Source: Methanobacteriota archaeon
GTDB taxonomy: Archaea; Thermoplasmatota; E2; DHVEG-1
Length of the DNA stretch: 64,000 nt
Assembly (NCBI GenBank): GCA_963769885.1
Contig: CAVYNH010000006.1
Coordinates: 480,001 to 544,000 of the forward strand
Direction: 5' to 3'
Numbering within the stretch: the first letter of the stretch is position 1; each line of letters begins with the position of its first letter. Shown piece after piece: positions 18,324 to 29,167 of the stretch. A model generated the notes under the pieces. The model did not search any database and had not been told where the DNA came from. It saw nothing but the letters and a program-made list of their open reading frames with translations. A program made the translations under genes and the position numbers.

Positions 18324-18746
18324 AGTATCCCCCTTTAGGTTTGTATCCAGAATATATGAAGGCGGCGTTATTTAAATATTTTTTCACCTTTTCGAAGCTT
18401 GCAGCCGGCAGTTTCATCAACTCCAGGCAAGACTAGGGCGATGAGAGCCACCCATCGTCAACCTTGATGCCCATCGCTCTGGGAGAAAACTGTGCGGTAA
18501 GCCCCCCTCTGCCCCTTAAGACCCCAGCTAAACAGGATGCATAAAAAAGACCGCTTGAATAATAAACGACGCATTCTACGGCCTTTTCATGAAAACTTTT
18601 ATTAAATGCCAGGAGAATGCTGGAGTCGCATCACGCAGCTTCGCATGATTGAGAAAATTGCCCGCACATCACTAACACCCCTGCGGTTTTTTTGATCACC
18701 GGTTGCCGTGATCCCCAAAGACTCCACCCAGAGGAGGAACACCCCA

Positions 18747-18938
18747 ATGAAAGGCACAATAAAGTGGTACAACACACGCAAAGGCTATGGATTCATCCTC
18801 GGAGAAGACGGAAAAGACATCTTCGTCCACCGCTCATCCGTCCCCTCAGACATGAATCTCAACGAAGGCGACAAGGTCGAATACGAAACCGAAGACACCG
18901 AACGAGGCCCCAAGGCCATCAACATCAAAAAAGAATAA
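18747..18938 (+). CDS. csp: Cold-shock domain protein
   Basis: KGTIKWYN, RNP1 KGYGFI, RNP2 IFVH; GGAGG RBS. Confidence 0.95.
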   Translation: MKGTIKWYNTRKGYGFILGEDGKDIFVHRSSVPSDMNLNEGDKVEYETEDTERGPKAINIKKE

Positions 18939-19245
18939 ACACCACCCACCACCCTCACCACGCCCCGCTCCAGAGGGCGCACGAGTGGGTACTCGCACCT
19001 CGCCAACCCCCCCGCCTACCTTAAAACGAAAAATAAAAACACCCACTGTTTTTCACCTATTCTTCTACTGCCTTTAAAAAGCCCCGTACCCCTCTGAACC
19101 CAATGGGAGAACTCCGCATCCTGTCCCATACCGACACCCCCTTCCGCGACCGCCCAGACGCCGCACGCCTCCTCAGAGAACAGCTGATCATTGACGAAGA
19201 CGAACACCCCCTCCGAAATCCTAATATTAAAAAAAACTAAAAAAA

Positions 19246-19440
19246 TTACTTCGCACTCACCTCTTTATCAAGCGCGAAACACCGATCACACAACGTATCC
19301 CCCTCCGGGATCCGCTTCCCACACTTCGCACACGCTCCATACTTCCTCGTGATAAACCCGACCACGATCTCATGGTGCTTCGTGATCCAATGAAACATCA
19401 GCTTGTTGCGATGGATTCGCTGTGCCACAGTTCTTCCCAC
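19246..19440 (-). CDS. Small zinc-ribbon protein
   Basis: CAKC...CDRC; start uncertain (GTG 19440 or ATG 19398). Confidence 0.55.
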   Translation of the reverse strand: MGRTVAQRIHRNKLMFHWITKHHEIVVGFITRKYGACAKCGKRIPEGDTLCDRCFALDKEVSAK

Positions 19441-19694
19441 CAGCCTCGAGAAACACTCCTCGGCTAGTAAAAGGTTTCGCCCATGAACATTTCTCTACAC
19501 TACATTCGAGTAGAGCCAGATAACTGAGCAATGATCATTTCTCCTCAAATACTGTCTCACTTCTTTGTTGGTATCGAATTTTAATCACTAATCAATACAA
19601 GACATTCCACCAAGGTCCGTCTTCGGCATCCCGAAAGGGAAAATATTCTTAAATTACCACGATATCAACACCACCCAGGAGTCCACACACCACT

Positions 19695-20627
19695 ATGCGC
19701 GTCTTCATCACCGGCGGCGCCGGATTCATCGGCAGCAACCTCGTCGACACCCTCCTCGACCAACACCACGACATCACCGTCTACGACAACCTCAGCTCCG
19801 GCAACAAACACTTCCTCCCCACCTCACCCCACCTCACATTCAAAAAAGCAGACCTCCTCACCCCCACCACCCTCACCAAAACCATGAAAGACCACGACCT
19901 CGTCATCCACCTCGCCGCCAACCCCTACGTACGACTCGGTGAAACCCACACCGACCTCGACCTCAAACAAGGCACCATCGCCACCTACAACGTCCTCGAA
20001 GCCATGCGCACCAACAACATCCACGACATCATCTACTCCAGTAGCAGCGTCGTCTACGGCGAAACCCCTGGTGACCTTCTCCCCGAGACCTATGGCCCCA
20101 CCCTCCCCATTTCACTATACGGCGCCGGCAAACTCGGCGGCGAAGGCCTCATAAGCGCATACGTGGGCACCTTCGGCCTGCGCGCCTGGATCTACCGCTT
20201 CGCCAACGTCGTCGGAAAAAACGGCACCCACGGCGTTATCACCGACTTCATCGCCAAACTCAAAAAAAACTCTCGCACCCTCGAAATCCTCGGCGACGGC
20301 ACACAACGCAAACCCTACCTCTACGTCACCGACTGCGTCAGCGGCATGCTCCACGGCTACCACCACAGCCACCACCAAATCAACCTCTACAACCTCAGCT
20401 GCACCACCACCACCACCGTCACCCGCATCGCCGAAATGGTCGTCGAAGAAATGGGACTTTCCAACGTCGCCTTCCACTACACCGGCGGTGACCGCGGCTG
20501 GAAAGGCGACGTCCCCATCTTCCAACTCGACCCCACCGCCATGAACAACCTCGGCTGGACCGCCACCTACACCTCAGACGACGTCGTCCGTAAAGCCATC
20601 CACGACACCCTCCACGCCAACCTTTAA
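19695..20627 (+). CDS. NAD-dependent nucleotide-sugar epimerase/dehydratase
   Basis: GGAGFIG, YGAGK, YRFANVVG. Confidence 0.92.
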   Translation: MRVFITGGAGFIGSNLVDTLLDQHHDITVYDNLSSGNKHFLPTSPHLTFKKADLLTPTTLTKTMKDHDLVIHLAANPYVRLGETHTDLDLKQGTIATYNVLEAMRTNNIHDIIYSSSSVVYGETPGDLLPETYGPTLPISLYGAGKLGGEGLISAYVGTFGLRAWIYRFANVVGKNGTHGVITDFIAKLKKNSRTLEILGDGTQRKPYLYVTDCVSGMLHGYHHSHHQINLYNLSCTTTTTVTRIAEMVVEEMGLSNVAFHYTGGDRGWKGDVPIFQLDPTAMNNLGWTATYTSDDVVRKAIHDTLHANL

Positions 20628-20656
20628 AGAACACCAGCCATTTCCCACTCCCAGTC

Positions 20657-21925
20657 ATGAGACTCACCGTCATCGGAACAGGCTACGTTGGCCTCGTCAC
20701 CGCTGCCTGCTTCGCCAAACTCGGACACTCCGTCACCTGCGTCGACGTCGACGCCGCCAAAGTCGAAACCATCAACAGCGGCCAATCCCCCATCTACGAA
20801 CCAGGCCTCGAAGACCTCCTCCAAATCTACGCCCACAACCTCCACGCCACCACCGACGCCGCCACCGCCGTCCAACACAGCGACATCACCTTCATCTGCG
20901 TCGGCACCCCCTCCAGCCCGGACGGCTCCATCGACCTCACCTCCATCCAAAACACCGCAGCCCAGATAGGTAAAATCCTCAAGACCCTCCCCGCCTGGCA
21001 CCTCATCGTCGTCAAAAGCACCGTCGTCCCCGGCACCACCGACACCGACGTCAAAACACTCCTCGAACAAAACTCAGGCAAACACGTCACCACCGGCTTC
21101 GGCCTCGCCATGAACCCCGAATTCCTCAGAGAAGGCAACGCCATCCACGACTTCCTCAACCCCGACCGCATCGTCATCGGCGTCTCCGACCAAAAAACAG
21201 CGGACACCCTCCGCCACCTCTACAAAGACTTCACCTGCCCCATCCTCGAAACCAGCCTCTCCGCCGCCGAGATGATCAAATACGCCAGCAACGCCTTCCT
21301 CGCCACCAAAATCTCTTACATCAACGAAATCGGCAACCTCTGCAAAAAACTCAACATCGACACCTACCAAGTCGCCGACGGCATGGGCTACGACAAACGC
21401 ATCGTACGAGCCTTCCTAGACTCAGGCACGGGCTGGGCGGGCAGCTGCTTCCCCAAGGACCTCAACGCCCTCGTTGCCTTCGCTAAAAAGCACCACGAAC
21501 CTCTCCAAATCATCGAAAGCACCATCAAAATCAACGACGAACAACCACTCCGCCTCATCACCCTCCTCAAAAAACACCTCCCCACCCTCAAAGGAAAAAC
21601 CATCGGCCTCCTCGGCCTCGCCTTCAAACCACAAACCGACGACATCAGAGAAAGCCGCGCCATCCCCATCACCCACGAACTCCTCAAAGCCGGCGCCCAC
21701 ATCAAAGCCTACGACCCCCAAGCCATGAACAACTTCAAAACCCTCTTCCCCACCATCGAATACTGCACCCACCCCCAAGAAGTCCTCACCGCCGACGCCA
21801 TCCTCATCACCACCAAATGGGAAGAATTCAGCGCCCTTGACTTCACCGGAAAAACCGTCATCGACGGACGCCGCCTCGACCAAGCCAAAAACACCGCCCG
21901 CATCTACGAAGGCATCTGCTGGTAA
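20657..21925 (+). CDS. ugd: UDP-glucose/GDP-mannose dehydrogenase family protein
   Basis: GTGYVG, KSTV, NPEFLREG, GSCFPKD, GLAFKP.TDDIRES. Confidence 0.92.
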   Translation: MRLTVIGTGYVGLVTAACFAKLGHSVTCVDVDAAKVETINSGQSPIYEPGLEDLLQIYAHNLHATTDAATAVQHSDITFICVGTPSSPDGSIDLTSIQNTAAQIGKILKTLPAWHLIVVKSTVVPGTTDTDVKTLLEQNSGKHVTTGFGLAMNPEFLREGNAIHDFLNPDRIVIGVSDQKTADTLRHLYKDFTCPILETSLSAAEMIKYASNAFLATKISYINEIGNLCKKLNIDTYQVADGMGYDKRIVRAFLDSGTGWAGSCFPKDLNALVAFAKKHHEPLQIIESTIKINDEQPLRLITLLKKHLPTLKGKTIGLLGLAFKPQTDDIRESRAIPITHELLKAGAHIKAYDPQAMNNFKTLFPTIEYCTHPQEVLTADAILITTKWEEFSALDFTGKTVIDGRRLDQAKNTARIYEGICW

Positions 21926-21929
21926 CCCC

Positions 21930-22799
21930 ATGACAAAAATCACCAAAGCCGTCATCCCCGCCGCCGGCCTCGGCACCCGCTTCCTCCCCGTCACCAAAGC
22001 CATGCCCAAAGAAATGCTCCCCATCATCGACACCCCTGCCATCCACTACGTCGTCAAAGAAGCCATCGACGCTGGCCTCGACGACATCATCATCATCACC
22101 GGCCGCGGCAAACGCGCCATCGAAGACTACTTCGACGAATCACCAGAACTCGAAATGCACCTCAAAAAAACAAACAAAAACAACCTCCTCGCCCTCATCA
22201 CCGACATCTCCACCATGGCCAACATCCACTACATCAGACAAAAATCCCCCAAAGGCCTCCCCGACGCCATCCTCGCCGCCGAAAAACACATCGGCACCGA
22301 ACCCTTCGCCGTCCTCCTCGGCGACGACATCATCGTCTCCCACCCCCCCTGCACCACACAACTCCTCGACGTCTACCACACCCACCACTCCTCTGTCATC
22401 GCCGTCCAAAACGTCCCCCGCGACAACATCGAGCGCTACGGCGCCGTCAGCGCCACGAAAGTCCCCGACCCCACCCACGACCTCTACCTCGTCGACCACA
22501 TCGTCGAAAAACCCAAACCCAAGGACGCCCCCTCCACCCTCGCCGCTATCGGCCGCTACATCTTCACCCCAGAAATCTTCGACGCTATGAAACAGACCAC
22601 CCCTGGAGTCAACAACGAACTCCAGATCGCCGACTCCCTTAACATCCTCTCCAGAACCCAGAAGATCTACGCCTGCGCCTTCCAAGGCAAACGCTACGAC
22701 GTCGGCGACAAACTCGGCTACATCCAAGCCATCATCGACTTCGCCATCGCCAACCCAGAACTCAAAAACGGCGTCCTCTCCCACATCAACAGCAGCTAA
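21930..22799 (+). CDS. galU: UTP--glucose-1-phosphate uridylyltransferase
   Basis: KAVIPAAGLGTRFLP.TK..PKEMLP, VEKP. Confidence 0.95.
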   Translation: MTKITKAVIPAAGLGTRFLPVTKAMPKEMLPIIDTPAIHYVVKEAIDAGLDDIIIITGRGKRAIEDYFDESPELEMHLKKTNKNNLLALITDISTMANIHYIRQKSPKGLPDAILAAEKHIGTEPFAVLLGDDIIVSHPPCTTQLLDVYHTHHSSVIAVQNVPRDNIERYGAVSATKVPDPTHDLYLVDHIVEKPKPKDAPSTLAAIGRYIFTPEIFDAMKQTTPGVNNELQIADSLNILSRTQKIYACAFQGKRYDVGDKLGYIQAIIDFAIANPELKNGVLSHINSS

Positions 22800-22808
22800 T
22801 CCCTTGAC

Positions 22809-23909
22809 TCATTTTTTCACAGCCGCTGTTATGGACTCGACGACGAACTGCTGTTGCTCATCCGTCAACTCAGGATACATCGGGATGGAGACGATCTCCT
22901 CCGCCAACCGCTCAGTGACCGGGAACTGCCCCCTTCGCCACCCACGGGAGGCATACGCTGGCTGCAGATGCAACGGGATCGGATAATGAATCCCACACTC
23001 AATCCCCTGACCAGCCAGCGACGCCATCACCCCAGCACGCCGCTGCGTCCGAATCACATACATGTAATAGACATGCTTCGCCCCAGGTGCCTCATGGATC
23101 CGCTCCAGTGACGACGGCAACGCCTCATCATAGAAGCGGGCATGAGCACGGCGCAGATCCGTCCACCGCGACAAATGACGCAGCTTCACGGAAAGCACGG
23201 CAGCTTGAAGGGCATCCAGCCGGTAGTTGTATCCTTCAGCCTCATGCTCATACTTTTTCGTGCGGCCATGATTCGATAACATCCGCAGCCGCGCTGCGAG
23301 CTCCGAATCATTAGTTGTAATCGCCCCGCCATCGCCATAGCACCCAAGGTTTTTCGCGGGGAAGAAACTATAACAGGCGACCCTCCCGTACGCCCCGGGT
23401 TGCCGACCTCGCCATTCCGCCCCATGGGCTTGTGCAGCGTCCTCAATGATGGCGATGTCTCGGGCCTCTGCCATCTCCTGAAGACGGTCCATGTCTGGCA
23501 TCTGCCCATAAAGGTCGACGACGATGATTGCCTTCGTCTTCGGCGTCAGTGCCTTCTCCACACGATCGACATCAATCAGGCCCGTCTCCGGGACCACGTC
23601 CACAAAACGAATGATGCCGCCGACATACGAGATACACTCGGTCGTCGCAATAAACGTGTTCGGGACGGTGAGTACCTCGTCTCCTTTCATCACCCCGCAG
23701 CCAAGGAGGGCGAGATGCAGCGCCGCGGTTCCGTTGGAACATCCAATCGCGTGTTTCATGGAAGTATACGCCGCAAACTCATCCTCGAAACCCTTGACTC
23801 GAGGGCCCATGATGAAGGAGCCGCTTTCCAAGACCTTATTGATAGCCTGGTCTACCTCTGATTTGATGGAATGGTAATTCGCCTTGAGGTCCACCAGCGG
23901 TATTTTCAT
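22809..23909 (-). CDS. DegT/DnrJ/EryC1/StrS aminotransferase (WbpE-like)
   Basis: NGTAAL, EDAAQAHG, SFFPAKNLG; start MKIPLVDL. Confidence 0.9.
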   Translation of the reverse strand: MKIPLVDLKANYHSIKSEVDQAINKVLESGSFIMGPRVKGFEDEFAAYTSMKHAIGCSNGTAALHLALLGCGVMKGDEVLTVPNTFIATTECISYVGGIIRFVDVVPETGLIDVDRVEKALTPKTKAIIVVDLYGQMPDMDRLQEMAEARDIAIIEDAAQAHGAEWRGRQPGAYGRVACYSFFPAKNLGCYGDGGAITTNDSELAARLRMLSNHGRTKKYEHEAEGYNYRLDALQAAVLSVKLRHLSRWTDLRRAHARFYDEALPSSLERIHEAPGAKHVYYMYVIRTQRRAGVMASLAGQGIECGIHYPIPLHLQPAYASRGWRRGQFPVTERLAEEIVSIPMYPELTDEQQQFVVESITAAVKK

Positions 23910-23913
23910 GGGT

Positions 23914-24390
23914 TCACTCTCGTCGCAGCGACCGCAGCTTTCGAGCTGGGTTCCCTGCATAGATTCCCGGAGAGGTAATGTCTTTGGTAACGACAGACCC
24001 GGCGCCAATAACAACGTGATCAGTGATGCAGACCGGAAGGATTGTCGCATTCGTCCCTATCGACACGTGGTTGCCGATGGTGGTTGGTTTCCACAACGAC
24101 TGATCTCCGCCCGCTGGTCTGCCGACTGAGAAGAGATCGTTGACGAACTTCGCCCCGTGGGAGATGAAACAGTAGTCTCCAATGGTCACAAGCGAGCAGA
24201 TGAAGGCGTGGGATTGGATCTTGCAGTTACGGCCGATCTTGACCGTGCTTTGAATCTCGACAAACGGACCGATGAAGCAGTTATCGCCGATCTCGCATTC
24301 GTAGAGGTTCACGGGCTCGACGACGGTCACGTTCTCTCCGAAGGTCACGTCTCTGATTTGGGCCTTAGACAGCTTTGGAGTGTTCGTCAT
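23914..24390 (-). CDS. Hexapeptide-repeat N-acetyltransferase (WbpD-like)
   Basis: Left-handed beta-helix repeats; GAGSVVTKD, GNPAR. Confidence 0.88.
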   Translation of the reverse strand: MTNTPKLSKAQIRDVTFGENVTVVEPVNLYECEIGDNCFIGPFVEIQSTVKIGRNCKIQSHAFICSLVTIGDYCFISHGAKFVNDLFSVGRPAGGDQSLWKPTTIGNHVSIGTNATILPVCITDHVVIGAGSVVTKDITSPGIYAGNPARKLRSLRRE

Positions 24391-25420
24391 TTAGCACGTT
24401 CCCTTAAGTTTCCTACCCGATGCTTTGTATATTTTTTCAATGATTTGAACGGTCTTGAGGCCGTCGAGCATGTCTGTGGTGATTCGGCCGCCGTGGACAA
24501 GGACATCGACGATGTTTTGGTAGACTTTGTCGTGATTGGACATCGATCCTTGGGCTTTGCCGTAGATGTTCGGCGGGTTTCCGAGGGGGAGGCTGGGGAT
24601 CGTATAGCCCTCGATATTTTGGTACTCGAGGATGTTGAGGGTACTGTCCGCCGATCTTCACAGTCCCTTTTTCACCGAAGAGCGTCAACGAGCCCTCCAT
24701 GTTCTTGCCGTAGCTGTCGATTGTGAAGTTGATCGCCCCGATTGCCCCGGAGGAGAACGAAAGGATGGCGACGCCCGTGTCCTCGAATTCCACGGTGTCA
24801 TGGTGCAGGTAGTTTTGGGTATATACTTTCACGTCCTCGACGTCTCCGATGAGCCAGTAGATGAGGTCGATGAAGTGGCTGTACTGGGTGAAGAGGGTGC
24901 CTCCGTCTAGCGCGAGTTTCCCCCGCCAGTCGGATTCTCGATAATAGTCTTGGTTCCTGTTCCAGAAGCAGTTGACTTGGATGTTGATGATCTTGCCGAG
25001 TTTCCCGGCGTCGATGGCCTGTTTTAGGGCGGCGACGGGGGGGTTAAACCGGTTTTGCTTGACGATAAATAGCCGGCGGTTGGTCTCTTCTGCGGTATGG
25101 ATCATGCGTTCGCAGTCGTGGACGGTTGTGGCCATGGGTTTTTCGCAGAGGACGTTGCAGCCTGCCTTTAACGCCGCGATGGTATGATGCGCATGGAGTC
25201 CATTGGGCGTGCAGATGGAGATGAGGTCCAGGGTTTTTTCCTCGGCGAGCATGTCTTCGAGGGAATAGTATGCCCGGCAGTTGTAGGCCGCGGCGATGGT
25301 GTCGGCTCGGTCGTGTTTGATGTCGCAGACTGCCGCGAGGTCGCCGATGGCGTTTGCGTGTCGTGCGTGTTGGGAGCCGATGTGGCCGACTCCGAGGACT
25401 GCGATACGGAGTTTTTTCAT
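24391..25420 (-). CDS. Gfo/Idh/MocA oxidoreductase (WbpB-like), frameshifted near 24640
   Basis: GVGHIG, CEKPM, QNRFNP; removing one base at 24639-24641 restores YLNILEYQ...NHDKVY with a stop abutting the next ATG. Confidence 0.85.
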
Positions 25421-25564
25421 GTCTCTTGCGGATAATTCTTCTCCCCTATTTAAACAATGACCGCCGTTTCCAGGTGGAGAGGAGGGTGTGGGTCTGTGGG
25501 GATTCCAGGGAAGGATGATTTTATATAGCTCTAGTGGTCTTTTTGATTGGGGTGAATTGGTACT

Positions 25565-26260
25565 ATGAAGAAGATCTTGGTAGTTGGGGCTGTCCTTGTT
25601 GTGGTCAGTCTCTTAGGCATCTCGTTGTCATCGGCAGTGGTTGTTCGGCCGTCAGAGCCGGCGAGTGAAGCGACTCTTGACCAGAATCCTGTATGGGAGG
25701 CGGCAGAGCGTGTGTTGCCTGCGTCGGTTGCGAAGCAGATTTTGACTCTGGCGCAGGATCATCCTGAAGTCGCTTCAGCCATGGCCATGAGGGGATCGGT
25801 TGGGCAGCTGGCTAATGGATCTAATACGTCGTTTTTGACGAAGATGTGGCGGGTCGTGTTCTACTACCGCCTCTGTCGCTTATTGTTCAGTTATGGCGTG
25901 TTCACCGTGTTTCCCACGAAGGTCATGGGAGTCCGTGTATTGCATTGGGCGATCCAGGTCTTGAAGTGGGTTCAGATTGGTTTATTGCTTGGTCTGATTG
26001 AGGTCCCGCAGCCGCCACCGGTGCCACCTGAGATTTCGTTTGTGGCGGACGATACGAACCGGACTATGACGGTGACGGCAGTAAATTTCTCGCAACCTGT
26101 TAACTGGTCCGATATCGCTCAGGTTGGGAATGGCACGTGTGACCCCTTGCCGAATGGGACCGTGGAGGCCGGGGATATGATTACGAACTGTTCCGGGTGG
26201 ATCATCCTAGTATATGTGCCGTATTCGGCATGGCTGTACGATCATCAGTTCCCTGAGTGA
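25565..26260 (+). CDS. Hypothetical membrane/secreted protein
   Basis: Signal-like N-terminus, hydrophobic middle, Pro-rich linker, small beta-rich C-terminal domain. Confidence 0.7.
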   Translation: MKKILVVGAVLVVVSLLGISLSSAVVVRPSEPASEATLDQNPVWEAAERVLPASVAKQILTLAQDHPEVASAMAMRGSVGQLANGSNTSFLTKMWRVVFYYRLCRLLFSYGVFTVFPTKVMGVRVLHWAIQVLKWVQIGLLLGLIEVPQPPPVPPEISFVADDTNRTMTVTAVNFSQPVNWSDIAQVGNGTCDPLPNGTVEAGDMITNCSGWIILVYVPYSAWLYDHQFPE

Positions 26261-26278
26261 AGTCTTCGCTGGGTTGTC

Positions 26279-27274
26279 TTAGAGCTTGCTGTAGACGAGT
26301 CCTCGCAGGAAGCCGAGGCCATATCCGACGTGGATGAGGAGGTAAAAGAAAGGGCTGGTGATGACGACTGCAAGCCGTCGGATGACCTGCAAGATGCTTA
26401 TTATTGAGAGGAGGATATAGGCGACGACGAGGAGGGGGACAACCCAGATTGGAATGAGGAGGGTGGCGGTCAGCGCCACGAGGGAGATGCCGCCGATGAT
26501 GAGGACTGGTCCGAGGAGATGGAAGTATCTCAGGGTCGTGGGATGTTTTTTAACCATTTTCGCGCGCGCGATCCCGTAGCGGTACATCTGGTGCCAGAGT
26601 GACCGGATGGTGGGTCGTTTGAAGTGGAGGACCTTGGTGTTGGGGGTGTAGAGGATCTTGTAGCCGGCGTCGCGGAGGCGGATGTCGAGCTCGTAATCTT
26701 GGCCGCACCAAAAATCCGGGTCGAATTTCCCGACTTGTTCGACGGGTTTGCGGCGGTAGCAGGCGAAGGAGATGTGGTCGGTGAATCGTTCGGTAGGGTA
26801 CACGGCGTTTTGCGAGAAGAAGCTCTTGCCGCCGAGGAAGCTGAGGAAGGCGGCGGCGGAGGCTTGGGCGATGAAGCCTTGATCTGGGGGGGAGAGGTTG
26901 GAGCATCCGACGGCGGCGACGTCCGGTGGCTGTTGCTGGAGGGTGAGGGCGAGGACGGTGAGGAGGTTTTGTTCGGCGATGACGTGACCGGAGTAGTTCA
27001 TGAGCATGTCGGTGGTGGAGTGGTCGATGCAGAGGTTGCGGCCGATGGCGGTGTTGCCGGTTGGGTTGTCAATGATTTTGATGGTGGGGTGTTTTTTGGC
27101 GTAGTCTTCGGCGATGGCTCGGGTGGCGTCGGTTGAGGGTCCGATGGCGAGGAGGATCTCGGTTTTATCTTTGGGGTAGTCTAAGTTGAGGAGGGCGTCG
27201 AGGCATTGCCTGAGGGTTTTTTCTTCGTTTCGTAGGGGTATGAGGAATGCGACTTTGGGATACTCGCATTGCAT
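26279..27274 (-). CDS. Family 2 glycosyltransferase
   Basis: IPLRNEE, FACYRR, GQDYEL, QMYRYG, C-terminal TM helices. Confidence 0.88.
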   Translation of the reverse strand: MQCEYPKVAFLIPLRNEEKTLRQCLDALLNLDYPKDKTEILLAIGPSTDATRAIAEDYAKKHPTIKIIDNPTGNTAIGRNLCIDHSTTDMLMNYSGHVIAEQNLLTVLALTLQQQPPDVAAVGCSNLSPPDQGFIAQASAAAFLSFLGGKSFFSQNAVYPTERFTDHISFACYRRKPVEQVGKFDPDFWCGQDYELDIRLRDAGYKILYTPNTKVLHFKRPTIRSLWHQMYRYGIARAKMVKKHPTTLRYFHLLGPVLIIGGISLVALTATLLIPIWVVPLLVVAYILLSIISILQVIRRLAVVITSPFFYLLIHVGYGLGFLRGLVYSKL

Positions 27275-27379
27275 GGGGGGTAAAAAACAGCTGATTCTAT
27301 TTAATTGTACTTGCTGGGTCGTGTGGGAGCGAAGTGGAAATATTGCGGAAAAGAGGGAAATGGTTGGTTGAGTGTGTCC

Positions 27380-28993
27380 TTATTTACGGTCTTCGTCTGA
27401 TTCTTCCTTGATTTCTGTTTTGATGTATTTGTACATCTCGCGTGGGTGGAGGATGTTAAGGAAGAACCTAAGGTCTTTTTTGGTGAATTCGCGCATAAGG
27501 GAGAGGATTCCGAGGTAGAGGAGGAGGCCGACGGCGGCGACGAGGAGAACGGTGTACCAGCGGTTGATGAGGACAAGGGTGCTGACGGCGTAGAGCGCGA
27601 GGCCCATGAGGGCTCCGGCGAGGATGTGCAGGAATGTTTTGAGTGGGATTATTGTTGAGTGGACGAGTCGTTTTGCAGAGATTTTTAGGAGCACGAGTCC
27701 GACGAAGATTGCGGTGCTGGAGGCAATGGCGGCGCCAGTGGGGCCGTTGATGCCGAGGGGGGCGAGCAGTCCCTGTTGTGGGACGAAGAGGAAGTCGAGG
27801 ATGATGTTGATGAGGCAGATGATGAGCCCGTTTTTCGCCGCGACCTTCGGCTTGTTTACTCCTGTGATAAGGGAAGTATGGAGGGCCATGTAGGTGTAGA
27901 TGAAGGTGTAGATGGAGAGGGTGATGAGGACGCTTATCGCTGGGTAGAAGGAGCTGTTGAGCATGATGCTGATGATTGGTTTGGCGAAGACGATGATGAC
28001 GACGATGACTGGGATCATGATCATGCTGATATATCGTTCCGCCATTGCAAGGGTCTCGCGTATTTTCCCGTAGTCAGCGGTTGAGTGGAATTGTGAGAAG
28101 GCGGGGAAGAGGACGAAGGTCATGGCGGCGGAGATGATGAGGAGGATTTGGATGATTTGCTGGACGGAGAAGTAATAGCCGACCTCGACGGAGGTCCAGA
28201 AGAATCCGATGACGATTCGGTCCAAGTTCGCGGAGAGGATTAGGAGCACTGAGATGAGGAGGGTCGGGAGGGCGAAGCTGAAGTAGTTTTTTGCCAGTGC
28301 CATGCTCGGTCGTTTCACTGGGCATTTTCTGAGGAACCAGAATCCAATGATCGCTGAGGCAATCATGCCGAAGACATAGGCCATGGCCTGGGATCCGACG
28401 GCGTGGGTTGCGATGAATTGCTGCAGTGGTGTGAGTGTCTCGGGCCAGATGATGAGCGGGGCGATGCCGGCGATGGTGACTCCTGCGAGTGCGACAAAGA
28501 TGGTGAGGGGGACTTTCACGATGTTCTCCGTGACGGCCGTGAGTTGTTGTTTCGCAATTTCGCCTTTTCCGTTAAAGGTCACCATGGTGATTTGTTGGAG
28601 GTTGTAGAAGAAGTAGTAGATGACAAAGACGTAGACGATGGATTCTGTGGTCGCGTCAGTGAAGCCGCCATGAAGGAGAGTTTTCCATAAGAAGATGCTA
28701 GTGAGGACAACAGCGACCATGAGCAGGTTGAGAAGTATTTTTATGGTGGCGAAGGTGCCGATGCAGGTGCTAAGGTCTTGGCCTTCGGAGATGCGTTTGA
28801 TGTGTGCCTGGGTGAAACCAAGGTCGCCGATGATGTTGAAGATGCTGACAAAAGCCATGGCGAACCCGATGATTCCGAGGGCTTCGGGGGCGAAACCGCC
28901 CCACAGCTTGGCGAGGATGAGGAGTCCGAACCATCCGAGGAACCGGGTGAAAAACTGTGCTCCGATAACGAGGAATGATTTTCTTGCCAGCAT
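27380..28993 (-). CDS. Oligosaccharide flippase (Wzx/MOP family)
   Basis: About 14 hydrophobic segments; DRIVIG...VGYY. Confidence 0.85.
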   Translation of the reverse strand: MLARKSFLVIGAQFFTRFLGWFGLLILAKLWGGFAPEALGIIGFAMAFVSIFNIIGDLGFTQAHIKRISEGQDLSTCIGTFATIKILLNLLMVAVVLTSIFLWKTLLHGGFTDATTESIVYVFVIYYFFYNLQQITMVTFNGKGEIAKQQLTAVTENIVKVPLTIFVALAGVTIAGIAPLIIWPETLTPLQQFIATHAVGSQAMAYVFGMIASAIIGFWFLRKCPVKRPSMALAKNYFSFALPTLLISVLLILSANLDRIVIGFFWTSVEVGYYFSVQQIIQILLIISAAMTFVLFPAFSQFHSTADYGKIRETLAMAERYISMIMIPVIVVIIVFAKPIISIMLNSSFYPAISVLITLSIYTFIYTYMALHTSLITGVNKPKVAAKNGLIICLINIILDFLFVPQQGLLAPLGINGPTGAAIASSTAIFVGLVLLKISAKRLVHSTIIPLKTFLHILAGALMGLALYAVSTLVLINRWYTVLLVAAVGLLLYLGILSLMREFTKKDLRFFLNILHPREMYKYIKTEIKEESDEDRK

Positions 28994-29167
28994 GAGGTCA
29001 GGGGGAACATCATTCTTTGTCTTTTAAAGATGTATCCTTAGCACCCTCGGTTTTAAGAAAGGGAAAAAACCGTTCACCAAACTGCGGTGTCTGGGTTCAA
29101 CTCGCCATTGCAAATTGATTCAGGTCCATGGGAAGCAAAACAGGTTCAGGGAAATCACTGCTGCCGA

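Noticed and set aside
19016-19207. 63-aa ORF downstream of csp
   Set aside because: No supporting motif or start context; cannot be distinguished from intergenic DNA.
24391-25420. Programmed ribosomal frameshift in the WbpB-like gene
   Set aside because: No slippery heptamer or stimulatory structure; same signature as the other probable sequencing indels.
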